Source of the DNA: Candidatus Thorarchaeota archaeon
Lineage (GTDB): Archaea; Asgardarchaeota; Thorarchaeia; Thorarchaeales; Thorarchaeaceae
Assembly: GCA_016840855.1 (NCBI GenBank)
Contig: JAEORO010000216.1
Span: 1 to 29,978, forward strand
Reading direction: 5' to 3'
Length of the DNA stretch: 29,978 bases
Below are positions 28,901-29,978 of this stretch, piece by piece (position 1 is the first letter of the stretch; every line of letters begins with the position of its first letter). Both the position numbers and the translations under genes were made by a program. The notes below the pieces were generated by a model that made no database searches, was not told the origin of the DNA, and saw nothing but the letters and a program-made list of their open reading frames with translations.

Positions 28901-29978
28901 CGCATTTCATCTACGTCACTATCAATGGAGTCAGGTAGTGTTCCGTAGACCAAGACTTCTATACCATCTGGAATTGTGTCTTTATCTGTGTCGACAAGTG
29001 TAGGATCGCAATTGTAGAGATGAACTTCAGATCCATCCAGCAATAGATCTAGATCGGTGTCATTGAAATTCGGGTCGCAACCGTAGAGGAACTCTTCAGC
29101 ATTCGTGAGTCCATCAAGATCGGGATCAAGAGCTGAGTCATTGAAACTTGGATTCATTCCATTGATGATTTCCCAACCGTCCCACATCGAGTCCATGTCT
29201 GTGTCTCTCTTCACCCAGCTGCAGTTGTAGTATGCTTCATCATCGTCACTGATGCCATCAGAATCGAAATCGTCAAGATTTGGGAGAACGAACAGAAATC
29301 CATCCTGACCCGCAACAGAACCATCTAGTTCGTTGTATACTGGGAAGTTCGAGCTGAATGTTCTTCCCACAACAATTGCTCGCCCCAACTCATTCACAGC
29401 AATTCCATAACCAAACTCGTCACTGCTGCCGCCATAATAGGTAGAGTACTTCAAAAAGCCAGTGTCATTCAGTTTGGTTACAAATACATCTTGGTTTGAG
29501 TTATGGGTTTCATCATATGCATTATAGACAGGGAAGTCGGTTCCATCAACACGTCCAGTAAGGTAAACATTATCAAACGCATCAATATCGATCCAATACC
29601 CATAGTCGTAATTGTTGCTTCCTATGAATGTAGAATAGATTAGCATAGAGCCATCGCCAGTGAATTCGAATACTATTGCGTCATAGTTGTTATCCTTAGT
29701 GGGATAAATCGCATTTACAACCGGGAAGTTACTACTCTCCGAATAACCACCGATAATGACATTGTCATGAGAGTCAATGGCAACTCCCCTACCTCTATCA
29801 TCATATGAACCACCCATGTAAGTGGACCAGAGTATTGTTGTACCATTAGAAGCTAGTTTGACAAGTACGCAATCGTACTCTCCATTGAATGAATTATCGT
29901 ACGCATTCACCATTGGGAAGTTTGATGATGACGTCCTTCCAGTGAAGAACACATTCTCTGAGGAGTCTACATCTATGT
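25900..29978 (-). CDS. giant surface protein with SBBP beta-propeller repeats, TSP3-like Ca-binding repeats and a C-terminal TM anchor (5' truncated)
   Basis: Repeated YSTY(L/I)GGS..D.G.GI..D...Y.TG.T.S.NFP units and DxDxDG(L/M)xDxxE...G.(D/N)P units; TM LLTIGVVVVGSIIPALGVFLV followed by RMRRK. The frame stays open to the window edge (IDVDSSENVFFTG). Confidence 0.9.
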   Translation of the reverse strand, partial: IDVDSSENVFFTGRTSSSNFPMVNAYDNSFNGEYDCVLVKLASNGTTILWSTYMGGSYDDRGRGVAIDSHDNVIIGGYSESSNFPVVNAIYPTKDNNYDAIVFEFTGDGSMLIYSTFIGSNNYDYGYWIDIDAFDNVYLTGRVDGTDFPVYNAYDETHNSNQDVFVTKLNDTGFLKYSTYYGGSSDEFGYGIAVNELGRAIVVGRTFSSNFPVYNELDGSVAGQDGFLFVLPNLDDFDSDGISDDDEAYYNCSWVKRDTDMDSMWDGWEIINGMNPSFNDSALDPDLDGLTNAEEFLYGCDPNFNDTDLDLLLDGSEVHLYNCDPTLVDTDKDTIPDGIEVLVYGTLPDSIDSDVDEMRDDWEIFYGLDPLNATDAFLDLDGEGLLNLYEFRNGTRPDKIDTDLDALNDFQEVVTYGTNPHLVDTDGDSFGDGTEILILMTDPFDPNDPIVNREPIYSTYLGSTSDECGYAVQLDSLGNIVVSGYTYSSGFPIVNGYDSTVSSMDIFVTKFAADGQTLIFSTYIGGSYYDTAYGMVLDASNHIYLTGYTRSSDFPVTADAFQNAFRGDHDSYIIKLHSAGNSLLYSSYLGGTGRDIGNGLRLGADNDVWVFGYTSSSNYPITEGAFDVSYGGNTDGSISRIDISDHQIEMSTYIGGTGYDIVYDMNFMSDGCILLTGTTGSIDFPMINAYDTTQNGGYDAFLTKLDSEFSSIIFSTYYGGSSDDYLVRIGENLDGDIILSGFSASSNFPVVNGFDLSHNGGYDVVIMRVNAQSGSIETATYLGGSGTERAYGLGIDFMGYVYLSIESTSSNFPMELAFSETISGGYDTVLLKINKNLDDLIFSSYIGGSNDDCCRAMIIDSDSKMYVSGYTGSSNFWITNAYDSSYSGSNEVFLVILPPIGDSDSDGLLDIEESTYGTHPFNKDSDSDLMSDGWEVLYALNPLVNDASLDPDNDTLTNLQEFEYSTNPKNNDTDSDSMPDGYEVLYNLNPRADDSQFDADEDNLTNILEFSIGTYPNDVDSDDDQMPDGFEYTYGLDPLVDDTTGDLDSDMLTNLQEYVIGTLPNNNDTDSDLMPDGWEYFNGLNPTINDAGGDLESDGLTNLQEYNLGSNPASSDSDSDLMPDFWEYTYGLNILVDDSAGDADLDGLSNIDEYLNGCNPNSGDSDSDDLTDLEEIETYGTSPIDDDTDKDLLEDGYEVLILGTSPLLVDSDSDELSDGFEVLQFGSDPTLFDTDFDGMSDYEEYLAGTDPLVADADSDADGDGLTNKEEWDMGTDIFNPDTDSDGVSDFDEFHGGRNPLRYDVPMPLSELLTIGVVVVGSIIPALGVFLVNERMFYRMRRKPRGVLKEEPDYMGEEE

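Noticed and set aside
26080-29280. Repetitive DNA as a CRISPR array or diversity-generating repeat
   Set aside because: The repeats are degenerate codon-level echoes of protein repeats. There are no identical repeats with spacers and no cas or reverse transcriptase gene in the window.
29950-29952. GTG start of the listed 1350-aa ORF
   Set aside because: The frame stays open to the window edge in the middle of an SBBP repeat and no signal peptide is present, so the true start lies outside the window.

Overview
Gene-dense, low-GC archaeal window. It is most likely from an Asgard archaeon of the Thorarchaeota type, an inference from ribosomal protein eS26, a Rab-like small GTPase with WDFGGQ, a cytoplasmic 24-aa LRR protein, and GGAGG/GGTGA ribosome-binding sites. 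The housekeeping and metabolic content is eS26, thioredoxin, an EamA transporter, two M32 carboxypeptidases, a QueG-like Fe-S protein, a radical SAM enzyme, DsrE/F/H plus a DUF22-like protein, a PDO/TrxR/glutaredoxin/ferritin-like redox cluster, and iorAB. Three loci stand out. (1) A tightly coupled four-gene operon encodes a Zn-finger protein, a longin-like protein, a ~15-TM (7+1+7) membrane protein and a Rab-like GTPase. (2) A surface operon encodes a giant SBBP-propeller/TSP3-repeat protein, an unlisted 50-aa single-TM microprotein coupled at both ends, and a 1743-aa transmembrane protein. That protein has an extracellular gingipain (C25)-like His/Cys protease domain and a ~615-aa cytoplasmic alpha-solenoid. 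(3) A membrane-anchored protein ends in an Ig-like domain resembling a coat-adaptor appendage. I recognised no rRNA, tRNA, CRISPR array or mobile element. All domain calls come from reading motifs by eye; no searches were run.
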